A program made the position numbers and the translations under genes. A stretch of DNA of 64,000 nt from Macrostomum hystrix (taxonomy: Eukaryota > Animalia > Platyhelminthes): positions 3,348,001 to 3,412,000 of the forward strand of contig CATNEN010000012.1 in assembly GCA_950097015.1 (NCBI GenBank). Direction: 5' to 3'. Below, piece after piece: positions 33,951 to 45,951 of this stretch; positions within the stretch are counted from its first letter, which is position 1; each line of letters starts with the position of its first letter. The notes under the pieces are model-generated. The model was not told the DNA's origin. It made no database searches and was given only the letters and a program-made list of their open reading frames with translations.

Positions 33951-34599
33951 TAGTTGCTTGATTACCGATCGCAAGTGTATCGATGCATTGATTCTGAACA
34001 CTTCTTTGAGCTCTGGTGTGCTGCCTTATTGGTTGCAAACCTTAAATGTCTTTGATATGGTGCAAAGTGCAAAATACACCAATTCATATACGATGCATTT
34101 CCGCAATTTCACGTGCCGTCAGTTCGCCACAAAGTATTCTAAGTGTTATTAGTCGAGGTATGTTATTAGTTGCTGCTGCTGCTGCTGTTGCTACATCTTC
34201 ATCTGGTCAGCAGGTGATTGACAGGAAGGGCTTGGAGGCGCCAAAATTATGCAGTCCCGTGAGAGCAAAAAATGCATGAAGTTGCTTGGGCTAAGTAAGG
34301 GAAATGGTAGGTTCATGGGAAACAAAACGACACGGAGCTGATGATGCGTTGGCCGTTTCAAAACAGATAGACACGAAGTGAAATCACGAGAACCAATACG
34401 AAAGATTAAAAAATCAGGTAGGAGGAATATTCTATTATACAAGTATAAAGTCCATCGGGTAAGAAAATAATTGGTAGAATTAATTGCGTGTCGCCATTTT
34501 ACTTACCTGCGGATGGTGCAATCAATGCGCAAGAAAAATTGCCATTTCGACCTGCGGGTCAAGGCAAAACACTTATTAACGAAGTGTACATCACAAGGG

Positions 34600-34860
34600 A
34601 CTGTACCCATGCGGTTAGAGCGTTGGACTCCCGACTTGAAGGTTGGGGATTCGATTTCTGACTCCACTGGAACGATTTGTCCTTTAGCCTGAGACTTAAC
34701 TCTGCATTGCTTCAGTTTTGAGGGTGGGTGTGGCGTCCCCCAGTCCATGGACTGAACAGCCGTACGCAGACTTCGGATGCGCCGCGCAATAGCTGCGACT
34801 GTGCTGTCGGCTGCACATCTGACCCAATTGGAGCAGATGTAAACAAGTGTTATTATTAAT
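34600..34860 (+). mobile_element. tRNA-derived SINE, copy B
   Basis: A-box-like GCGGTTAGAGCG, B-box-like GGATTCGATTTC, shared body CAGTCCATGGACTGAACAGCCGTACGCAG..GTCGGCTGCACATCTG. Confidence 0.75.
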
Positions 34861-34879
34861 TAAAATTGCATTAAATTGT

Positions 34880-35440
34880 AGGCTGTTTACTGTACAATCT
34901 GAGGTGGAGAAGGCTGTTCACTGAACAATCTGTGTTGGAGAAGGCTGTTTACTGAACAATCTGAGGTGGAGAAGGCTGTTCACTGAACAATCTGAGGTGG
35001 AGAAGGCTGTTTACTGAACAATCTGAGGTGGAGAAGGCTGTTTACTGAACAGTCTGAGGTGGAGAAGGCTGTTCACTGTACAATCTGAGGTGGAGAAGGC
35101 TGTTTACTGAACAGTCTGAGGTGGAGAAGGCTGTTTACTGTATAATCTGTGGTGGAGAAGGCTGTTTTACTGAACAATCTGTGGTGGAGAAGGCTGTTTA
35201 CTGTAAAATCTGTGGTGGAGAAGGCTGTTTACTGTACAATCTGTGGTGGAGAAGGCTGTTTACTGTACAATCTGTGGTGGAGAAGGCTGTTTACTGTACA
35301 ATCTGTGGTGGAGAAGGCTGTTTACTGTACAATCTGTGGTGGAGAAGGCTGTTTACTGAACAGTCGGTGGTGGAGAAGGCTGTTTACTGTACAATCTGTG
35401 GTGGAGAAGGCTGTTTACTGAACAGTCTGCGGTGGAGCAG
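34880..35440. repeat. 31-bp minisatellite GAGAAGGCTGTTTACTGAACAATCTGAGGTG
   Basis: Direct tandem units. Confidence 0.95.
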
Positions 35441-35689
35441 GATTTTAGATAAGAGACTTCGAAGCACTTCAATGCTCTAAAATGTTATTATAATGGAATA
35501 CTTATTGAGCATGGTTTAACACACACGAGCCACATACACACAGATAGCCTTTGCTGTGGGTTATCACGAATTCGAAAAGTTACTTACACTGCCATCTGTC
35601 GGTCGACTAGTTGCAGTATGAGACAGAGTCCCTATGTCCCGATGCTAAAATATTTACTGTTGAGATATAGCAAAATAAGAAACGTTGCA

Positions 35690-38600
35690 TAAGGATTAAT
35701 GAAGGAATGGGGATTGCAGGATTGATGAAGGAATGGTGATTGGAAAAGGATTAATGAAGGAATGGTGATTGGAAAAGGATTAATGAAGGAATGGTGATTG
35801 GAAAAGGATTAATGAAGGAATGGGGATTGGAGAAGGATTAATGAAGGAATGGTGGGGAGAAGGATTAATGAAGGAATGGTGATTGGAGAAGGATTAATGA
35901 AGGAATGGTGATTGGAGAAGGATTAATGAAGGAATGGTGATTGGAGTAGGATTAATGAAGGAATGGGGATTGGAGTAGGATTAATGAAGGAATGGTGATT
36001 GGAGAAGGATTAATGAAGGAATGGTGATTGGAGTAGGATTAATGAAGGAATGGGGATTGGAGTAGGATTAATGAAGGAATGGGGATTGGAGTAGGATTAA
36101 TGAAGGAATGGTGATTGGAAAAGGATTAATGAAGGAATGGTGATTGGAAAAGGATTAATGAAGGAATGGGGATTGGAGAAGGATTAATGAAGGAATGGTG
36201 GGGAGAAGGATTAATGAAGGAATGGTGATTGGAGAAGGATTAATGAAGGAATGGTGATTGGAGAAGGATTAATGAAGGAATGGTGATTGGAGTAGGATTA
36301 ATGAAGGAATGGGGATTGGAGTAGGATTAATGAAGGAATGGTGATTGGAGAAGGATTAATGAAGGAATGGTGATTGGAGTAGGATTAATGAAGGAATGGT
36401 GATTGGAGAAGGATTAATGAAGGAATGGTGATTGGAGTAGGATTAATGAAGGAATGGGGATTGGAGAAGGATTAATGAAGGAATGGGGATTGGAGTAGGA
36501 TTAATGAAGGAATGGTGATTGGAGAAGGATTAATGAAGGAATGGGGATTGGAGTAGGATTAATGAAGGAATGGGGATTGGAGTAGGATTAATGAAGGAAT
36601 GGTGATTGGAGAAGGATTAATGAAGGAATGGTGATTGGAGTAGGATTAATGAAGGAATGGGGATTGGAGTAGGATTAATGAAGGAATGGTGATTGGAGTA
36701 GGATTAATGAAGGAATGGTGATTGGAGTAGGATTAATGAAGGAATGGGGATTGGAGTAGGATTAATGAAGGAATGGTGATTGGAGTAGGATTAATGAAGG
36801 AATGGTGATTGGAGTAGGATTAATGAAGGAATGGTGATTGGAGTAGGATTAATGAAGGAATGGTGATTGGAGTAGGATTAATGAAGGAATGGTGATTGGA
36901 GTAGGATTAATGAAGGAATGGGGATTGGAGTAGGATTAATGAAGGAATGGTGATTGGAGTAGGATTAATGAAGGAATGGTGATTGGAGTAGGATTAATGA
37001 AGGAATGGTGATTGGAGTAGGATTAATGAAGGAATGGTGATTGGAGTAGGATTAATGAAGGAATGGTGATTGGAGTAGGATTAATGAAGGAATGGGGATT
37101 GGAGTAGGATTAATGAAGGAATGGGGCTGGAGTAGGATTAATGAAGGAATGGGGATTGGAGAAGGATTAATGAAGGAATGGTGATTGGAGAAGGATTAAT
37201 GAAGGAATGGGGCTGGAGTAGGATTAATGAAGGAATGGTGATTGGAGTAGGATTAATGAAGGAATGGTGATTGGAGAAGGATTAATGAAGGAATGGGGAT
37301 TGGAGAAGGATTAATGAAGGAATGGTGATTGGAGAAGGATTAATGAAGGAATGGTGATTGGAGAAGGATTAATGAAGGAATGGTGATTGGAGTAGGATTA
37401 ATGAAGGAATGGTGATTGGAGAAGGATTAATGAAGGAATGGGGATTGGAGTAGGATTAATGAAGGAATGGTGATTGGAGTAGGATTAATGAAGGAATGGT
37501 GATTGGAGAAGGATTAATGAAGGAATGGGGATTGGAGAAGGATTAATGAAGGAATGGTGATTGGAGAAGGATTAATGAAGGAATGGGGATTGGAGTAGGA
37601 TTAATGAAGGAATGGGGCTGGAGTAGGATTAATGAAGGAATGGGGATTGGAGTAGGATTAATGAAGGAATGGGGATTGGAGTAGGATTAATGAAGGAATG
37701 GGGATTGGAGTAGGATTAATGAAGGAATGGTGATTGGAGTAGGATTAATGAAGGAATGGTGATTGGAGAAGGATTAATGAAGGAATGGTGATTGGAGTAG
37801 GATTAATGAAGGAATGGTGATTGGAGAAGGATTAATGAAGGAATGGGGATTGGAGTAGGATTAATGAAGGAATGGGGCTGGAGTAGGATTAATGAAGGAA
37901 TGGGGATTGGAGTAGGATTAATGAAGGAATGGGGATTGGAGTAGGATTAATGAAGGAATGGGGATTGGAGTAGGATTAATGAAGGAATGGGGATTGGAGT
38001 AGGATTAATGAAGGAATGGGGATTGGAGAAGGATTAATGAAGGAATGGTGATTGGAGTAGGATTAATGAAGGAATGGGGCTGGAGTAGGATTAATGAAGG
38101 AATGGGGATTGGAGAAGGATTAATGAAGGAATGGTGATTGGAGTAGGATTAATGAAGGAATGGTGATTGGAGAAGGATTAATGAAGGAATGGGGATTGGA
38201 GTAAGATTAATGAAGGAATGGGGCTGGAGTAGGATTAATGAAGGAATGGGGATTGGAGAAGGATTAATGAAGGAATGGGGATTGGAGAAGGATTAATGAA
38301 GGAATGGTGGGGAGAAGGATTAATGAAGGAATGGGGATTGGAGTAGGATTAATGAAGGAATGGTGATTGGAGTAAGATTAATGAAGGAATGGTGATTGGA
38401 GTAAGATTAATGAAGGAATGGTGGGGAGAAGGATTAATGAAGGAATGGGGCTGGAGTAGGATTAATGAAGGAATGGGGCTGGAGTAGGATTAATGAAGGA
38501 ATGGTGATTGGAGTAGGATTAATGAAGGAATGGGGATTGGAGAAGGATTAATGAAGGAATGGGGATTGGAGAAGGATTAATGAAGGAATGGGGATTGGAG

Positions 38601-40320
38601 TAGGATTAATGAAGGAATGGTGATTGGAGTAGGATTAATGAAGGAATGGGGATTGGAGTAGGATTAATGAAGGAATGGGGCTGGAGTAGGATTAATGAAG
38701 GAATGGTGATTGGAGTAGGATTAATGAAGGAATGGGGATTGGAGAAGGATTAATGAAGGAATGGGGATTGGAGTAGGATTAATGAAGGAATGGGGATTGG
38801 AGAAGGATTAATGAAGGAATGGGGATTGGAGAAGGATTAATGAAGGAATGGGGATTGGAGTAGGATTAATGAAGGAATGGTGATTGGAGTAGGATTAATG
38901 AAGGAATGGTGATTGGAGAAGGATTAATGAAGGAATGGTGATTGGAGAAGGATTAATGAAGGAATGGGGATTGGAGTAGGATTAATGAAGGAATGGGGAT
39001 TGGAGTAGGATTAATGAAGGAATGGTGATTGGAGTAGGATTAATGAAGGAATGGTGATTGGAGTAGGATTAATGAAGGAATGGTGATTGGAGTAGGATTA
39101 ATGAAGGAATGGGGATTGGAGTAGGATTAATGAAGGAATGGTGATTGGAGTAGGATTAATGAAGGAATGGGGATTGGAGTAGGATTAATGAAGGAATGGT
39201 GATTGGAGTAGGATTAATGAAGGAATGGTGATTGGAGTAGGATTAATGAAGGAATGGTGATTGGAGAAGGATTAATGAAGGAATGGTGATTGGAGAAGGA
39301 TTAATGAAGGAATGGGGATTGGAGTAGGATTAATGAAGGAATGGGGCTGGAGTAGGATTAATGAAGGAATGGTGGGGAGAAGGATTAATGAAGGAATGGG
39401 GCTGGAGTAAGATTAATGAAGGAATGGTGATTGGAGTAGGATTAATGAAGGAATGGTGATTGGAGTAGGATTAATGAAGGAATGGTGATTGGAGAAGGAT
39501 TAATGAAGGAATGGTGATTGGAGAAGGATTAATGAAGGAATGGGGCTGGAGTAGGATTAATGAAGGAATGGGGCTGGAGTAGGATTAATGAAGGAATGGG
39601 GATTGGAGTAGGATTGATGAAGGAATGGTGATTGGAGTAGGATTAATGAAGGAATGGGGATTGGAGTAGGATTAATGAAGGAATGGTGATTGGAGAAGGA
39701 TTAATGAAGGAATGGGGATTGGAGTAGGATTAATGAAGGAATGGGGATTGGAGTAGGATTAATGAAGGAATGGGGCTGGAGTAGGATTAATGAAGGAATG
39801 GGGATTGGAGTAGGATTAATGAAGGAATGGTGATTGGAGAAGGATTAATGAAGGAATGGTGATTGGAGTAGGATTAATGAAGGAATGGGGCTGGAGTAGG
39901 ATTAATGAAGGAATGGGGCTGGAGTAGGATTAATGAAGGAATGGGGCTGGAGTAGGATTAATGAAGGAATGGGGCTGGAGTAGGATTAATGAAGGAATGG
40001 GGATTGGAGTAGGATTGATGAAGGAATGGTGATTGGAGTAGGATTAATGAAGGAATGGGGATTGGAGAAGGATTAATGAAGGAATGGGGCTGGAGTAGGA
40101 TTAATGAAGGAATGGGGCTGGAGTAGGATTAATGAAGGAATGGGGATTGGAGTAAGATTAATGAAGGAATGGGGCTGGAGTAGGATTAATGAAGGAATGG
40201 GGATTGGAGTAGGATTAATGAAGGAATGGGGATTGGAGTAGGATTAATGAAGGAATGGGGATTGCAGGATTGATGAAGGTATAGGGATTGCAGAAGGATT
40301 GGTGAAGGAATGGGGAATAA
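35690..40320. repeat. 29-bp minisatellite GGATTAATGAAGGAATGG(T/G)GATTGGAG(T/A)A, ~155-160 units
   Basis: Direct tandem units; period measured at 35891/35920. Confidence 0.98.
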
Positions 40321-40324
40321 TGAA

Positions 40325-41505
40325 GAAAGGGATTATAGCATTGTTGAAGGAATAGAGATTATAGCATTGTTGAAGGAATAGAGATTATAGCATTGTTGAA
40401 GGAATAGAGATTATAGCATTGTTGAAGGAATAGAGATTATAGCATTGTTGAAGGAATAGAGATTATAGCATTGTTGAAGGAATAGAGATTATAGCATTGT
40501 TGAAGGAATAGAGATTATAGCATTGTTGAAGGAATAGAGATTATAGCATTGTTGAAGTAATACGGATTATAGCATTGTTGAAGGAATAGGGATTATAGCA
40601 TTGTTGAAGGAATACGGATTATAGCATTGTTGAAGGAATAGGGATTATCGTATTGTTAAAGGAATACAGATTATCGTATTGTTGAAGGAATATGGATTAT
40701 CGTATTGTTGAAGGAATAGGGATTATAGCATTGTTGAAGTAATACGGATTATAGCATTGTTGAAGGAATAGGGATTATAGCATTGTTGAAGGAATACGGA
40801 TTATCGTATTGTTGAAGGAATATGGATTATAGCATTGTTGAAGGAATAGGGATTATCGCATTGTTGAAGGAATATGGATTATAGCATTGTTGAAGGAATA
40901 TGGATTATAGCATTGTTGAAGGAATACGGATTATCGTATTGTTGAAGGAATATGGATTATAGCATTGTTGAAGGAATAGGGATTATCGCATTGTTGAAGG
41001 AATAGGGATTATAGCATTGTTGTTGGAATATGGATTATAGCATTGTTGAAGGAATAGGGATTATAGCATTGTTGAAGGAATACGGATTATCGTATTGTTG
41101 AAGGAATACGGATTATCGTATTGTTGAAGGAATAGGGATTATCGCATTGTTGAAGGAATAGGGATTATCGTATTGTTGAAGGAATAGGGATTATCGCATT
41201 GTTGAAGGAATAGGGATTATAGCATTGTTGAAGGAATAGGGATTATAGCATTGTTGAAGGAATAGGGATTATAGCATTGTTGAAGGAATACGGATTATCG
41301 TATTGTTGAAGGAATACGGATTATCGTATTGTTGAAGGAATAGGGATTATCGCATTGTTGAAGGAATAGGGATTATAGCATTGTTGTTGGAATATGGATT
41401 ATAGCATTGTTGAAGGAATAGGGATTATAGTATTGTTAAAGGAATATGGATTACAGTATTGTAGTAGGAACGTGGATTATAGCATTGTTGAAGGAAAGGT
41501 GATTG
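40325..41505. repeat. 26-bp minisatellite GGAATAGAGATTATAGCATTGTTGAA
   Basis: Direct tandem units; period measured at 40381/40407. Confidence 0.96.
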
Positions 41506-44500
41506 CAGCAGGCAGTCTGCTTAATGATAGTTTGTAGATTGACAAGCTCAGGTGGGCCCTAAGTATGTGCATCTAAGTACATACCTGAGTGGCCCAGTGT
41601 TCGCTGAGATCCAGCATTGCCAGAAGTCACTTAGCTTGCTCTCTTATTCTACTGAAAGGTTTACGGCACAAAAAAGTCTTCACAGGGCATTGTTCCTTAG
41701 AAAATAAAGAAAATAAATTTGAATTTGAATGCGAAAGCCAGTCAAACAAGGCTGCACATTGTAAACTTGAAAAAAAATACTTCTCATTTTATGAACGATT
41801 TTCTGAACTGTCTGGGACATAATTTGTCTCTAACAGCTTCAATAAAATCTCGGGGAAGTCAAGAAGGCGGATGTGTTCAGTAAAGAGTTCAAAGTATGCT
41901 CGTTGATTGAGAATTTCCGTCGTGTAAAATGCAGCATTTCAGTTAGTGGTTCTGTGGTTCGCTAAAATTCAAAGTCCACAGAAGCCCTAATCTATCTATC
42001 TGAGCGAATTTAAACAAACATTGACGCGCACATTTGAAATTGTTATATTTTGCGGATTCACCTTACAGAATTCCGAATAGATTATTGAAAGCGAGAAATC
42101 CTGTCAGATCCCATGCCAAATTGAAACTGTCAGTGTACCGTTTTAAAGGAAAATTAGTAAATAAAGATGTGAACAACGCAAGAAATTTCAGGCAGTTGGC
42201 TGTGGGCGGGGCATGTGGCAGTCAGCTCGGTGTTGCTCAATCGACGCCAGGGAAAGCTAGTGAGTTGTCCAGCTGCTACGCCACGGATGTAATTCTCAGT
42301 TGAACAACACACTACCTCACCACTAAGCAATCAAATGATCGATTAAAATTGTTAGCTGGCCACAATAATAGCAGATGAGTTAGCTACTTGTGACAAAATT
42401 TGCACCACTCGATAAGGAAAAGAATGCAAGTAACTATGGTTAAAAGTGTGTTAAAAGCCTAGCGGGCAGTGTGAACAGGGCAGGTTCAAGCAAATGAAAG
42501 GGCAATCAATGTGGAGAGAGAAATACGGAGGGACAAAAAAATCTGAGCGTGAGCCAGCCAGGCGCAGCAGTGCGGACTGTGGAGTTTGTTTAGCTTAAAG
42601 CCAAACAGTGATTTGACTGACTTCTCTTGCTTTTTTCGTTCTGTCCTCTCTCTGTCTCTCTCGCTCTCTATTTCTCTTGAAGCAAATTCTATTCCGAGTG
42701 CCGCAGCCTGAAGGGACTGTGTTTGAGGGGGTGGTTTTAAAGTCCCGTCTGCTCGGGGGCTCCGACGGCGGGGGGAGGGGCAGGCAGGGGCGGGAGGAGG
42801 AGGGGCTTCGGGCCTCCCGGGGTTGGCTTGGAGGAAGCGGGGAGCGGCAGGGTGGGAAGAAACAGGAGCAGACAGGAAGGGGTTTTGGGGAAAGAGAAAA
42901 ATAAGGGAAGAGGGTCGCGCCAAGGCCTAGGCAAATAGGCTGGATGGGAAGGCAATGCACTACTGGCCATTAGCGAGCTTGGGTATTGGCTGCTGAGGAT
43001 CAGGCTAATAGCTGTAACTCTAACCCATTCACGACTTTAACGCAGTTCACTTCTCTCCCCAAACTGCATTCAGCATGAATTGTGACGGCACGGCGGGGCA
43101 TGCAGGCAGCGGGCTCGGAATGGAAGGCGACTGAACTGTCAGCGCGGGACAGAGAGAGCGACAGACAAGCAGACAGACTAAAGCAATGGGGCAGAGGGAA
43201 GACGAAGTGGAGGCGAGGTGCCCCAACAGGCACAGGACAGCAGAACTAACTGACGTCAGGTTGTAAAAATAGATTTCAGCAAAAAAATTGACGAGAATTG
43301 CGAACAGATGAACAAAGATACGCTTAAGCTATAAGTCACTATCATATTCGCTTTGAACTCTTCTAGTTAAGTTGGGGATTTTTTAAAGCTGTCGGCTTTA
43401 TTTCAAGTGTAAGGCTAAGAAAAAAATGGGGACCTGAATTCGCATGAACGATGTAGGCCTTACACTCGTGCACTTACATTCTCGTAGTAGTGCTCAGCAA
43501 CTTAGGAGTCACAGCACGTTCACAGAATCTGATCGATTTGTTCTTCTTTAAGTAACTGCTCTTTTCTCCCCTATTTGCTTGTTTCAGTTCTGCCCTGCAG
43601 GTGGAGGAGCTTTCCTATATAATAAATATTATACTATCAGACAGAGCCAGTCGAGATGGTCTGCGCTGACTGACGCATACAGCGTTTAAGTTATTATTCA
43701 GAGGCGGCGGCGGCGGGGCCCAGACCCGCCCTTGCCCTCCAGCGCTAGTAGGACAACCTCAAACTAAACCTGGCACACCCCTGGAAGACTAGCTGGCCCA
43801 GTGCGCGCTTCTGCTAGAAGAAGAACAGGCAGAGAAGGAGGAGAGGGGACGGGACAGGGTGGAGGCAAAACGGAGATGGTTTGAAGAGAAAGCTGCGGGG
43901 AGAAGCCCGACCAGCGACAACCCCCCTAAACTAATAACGAAATTCTAAAATCCAAAGTAATCCAGGGGGTTCCAGGCCCCTGTTACCCGCTTAGTATGCA
44001 GCGAGCAAAGCACGAAAACAGTTCAAAGTTAGAGCGGCCAACAAAAAAACACGAACGAGCCCCCAAAACGGCCCACCTCAACCCACTCCGCCGGTTCCCG
44101 CGAGGACAGACAGACAGACAGTTGCAAACAGACCCAAGGGCGACCTGTCTGCACTGCACTCCATTCGCGTACACAACACAGTGCACAACACGGGTCCATG
44201 TCCAGCAACCACTTCACTCCTGCCTAGACCTGCCCTGCCTTGGCCATGGGGCCTGGAAAGATAGCATACTAGCAACACAAACACAATTGTTGCCCCGTCT
44301 GCTCTTACATTGCTTACTATCTCTTTCTTCTCTATTACTTCTTTAATCTATGCTTATGCTAAAATTGGTTTATTTTATGTAGCAATTTGTTAAGGCAAGT
44401 TAAGGAAAATTAGCATAGCCATGTCTCTAGGCTCTATATTCTACATTCCGTAGTCTTAAAGATGTGGATTCAACTGTAATTTGATAAACATTTATCGGGA

Positions 44501-45666
44501 CTCATATGTCGGATAGGGCGGATATTTTAAGGCACTAGTACTACTAGTAACTAAGGTGGGCTCAAATAATTTCACACTTAGAGCAAATTATACGAGCTAG
44601 TTAGTTGCAAACAATTCTTATTTGAACTTTTGATACCAATTTATCGATAGTCTAGACTATCCAAAGCAGTACTTAAGTATATTATGTATAGTAAACTATA
44701 CTAGTCAGACATTTTAAAGCAACGAACAAAAACAGAGGGGCGCGGAACTTATCAGACGCAGAGTGCGTCAGTGACTCACTCGGTCTGGGTCGGCGGGGGG
44801 GTGGGGTAGGGCAGACTGGCTAGATGACTGGACTGGCTGTACTAGGACTTGGGAGTGCGCTAGCATATAGGTAAGATTTGGTTGGTATGGTAGGTGTTTA
44901 GTGACATGGCAGCCCGAGTCAGACAGACAGCAGACGGAGACCGCATAGATTAACATAAAGAACTAAAATGTGTTTGTCTGGCGTGTGGGCCCCCACCCCA
45001 ACCCGCCCTGGCCTGGTTCGGTTGTTCTTGGTTTAATTTAACTTACTACTTTAATTGAACTCTATAGCTAGCTCTGCTCTATACTGCCTTTTCAGCCGGC
45101 GCCAATTCTCTTCGAGACGATTTCTCGAATGGTCGAAATATAATAAACTCCTTTTCTTTGTACAGCATGCGAAAAAAGTGGTGCCACATGCTGCTTATGC
45201 ACTACAGTCCTTCTAGTCTAGTCTAGATACTTAACTTCTCCAGACTTCACTTCACCTAAATCCAATCCAAGTTCTGCTCTCATTTAGTTTTCAATAAACA
45301 AACACTACAACATGCACAAAGACCTACTATATATCTTACTAAATCAAATTTCACAGACCCGAATTTTTATATTACAAAACTAAATTCTTCATTAGACAAC
45401 ATCCTGATCATGTAGCACAGAAACACTTGCATATTTTTTCTGAAACTATTACCTGAAGTCTGTAGCATTGCATAGCAGCAAGTACATAAGACATGGTTTA
45501 ACAATTTTCAAAAGACTTTTTAAAGGCTTGATTAAATAAACAACTTTTTATCATCATTTGATCATTTGAAATTACATCATGTTTTGACTCATGTTTCTGA
45601 GTCAGGCAAACTCCTAGTTTGCTGTGTTAAATTATTTTACAATATATCTTCACATTTCAGCCTAAC

Positions 45667-45951
45667 TGGTGACTCTACTATATGCTGGGCGACCTAGGGC
45701 CTACAATGGGCTACAGAATCATGTGTCAATAAATCACTGACTGCACTTCGTGGACCCCAATGATCCCACCCTGCACACTAATACCATTGAGGGATTATGG
45801 GCACAAGTGAAGGACAAGTTCCAGAGAATGTGTGGCACAGGTGACACACTATTTGAGAATTGAGACTCACCTGAATGAGTATCTCTGGCGCCACCTCTTC
45901 CCAGAGAAGAAGTTTGGCAACTTCCTCTATGGGGTTGCCCATTACAATTGA
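45667..45951 (+). pseudogene. Decayed Merlin/IS1595 (ISXO2-like) DDE transposase C-terminal fragment
   Basis: With two small frameshifts corrected it reads VNKSL/HFVDPNDPTLHTNTIEGLWAQVKDKFQRMCGTGDTLFE/THLNEYLWRH. This matches the family pattern VNHS..FVDP..G.HT(N/Q)TIE..W..(LK)..YL.E..WR. It carries stops and frameshifts, and no TIRs were identified. Confidence 0.7.

Noticed and set aside
33019-34038. 339-aa minus-strand ORF
   Set aside because: Almost entirely the 35/36-bp array, with no recognisable domain.
42480-44350. Pro/Gly/Arg-rich ORFs in purine-skewed GC-rich DNA
   Set aside because: Low-complexity, overlapping on both strands, with no domain or consistent splice chain. It may be regulatory or UTR sequence, but I cannot support a call.
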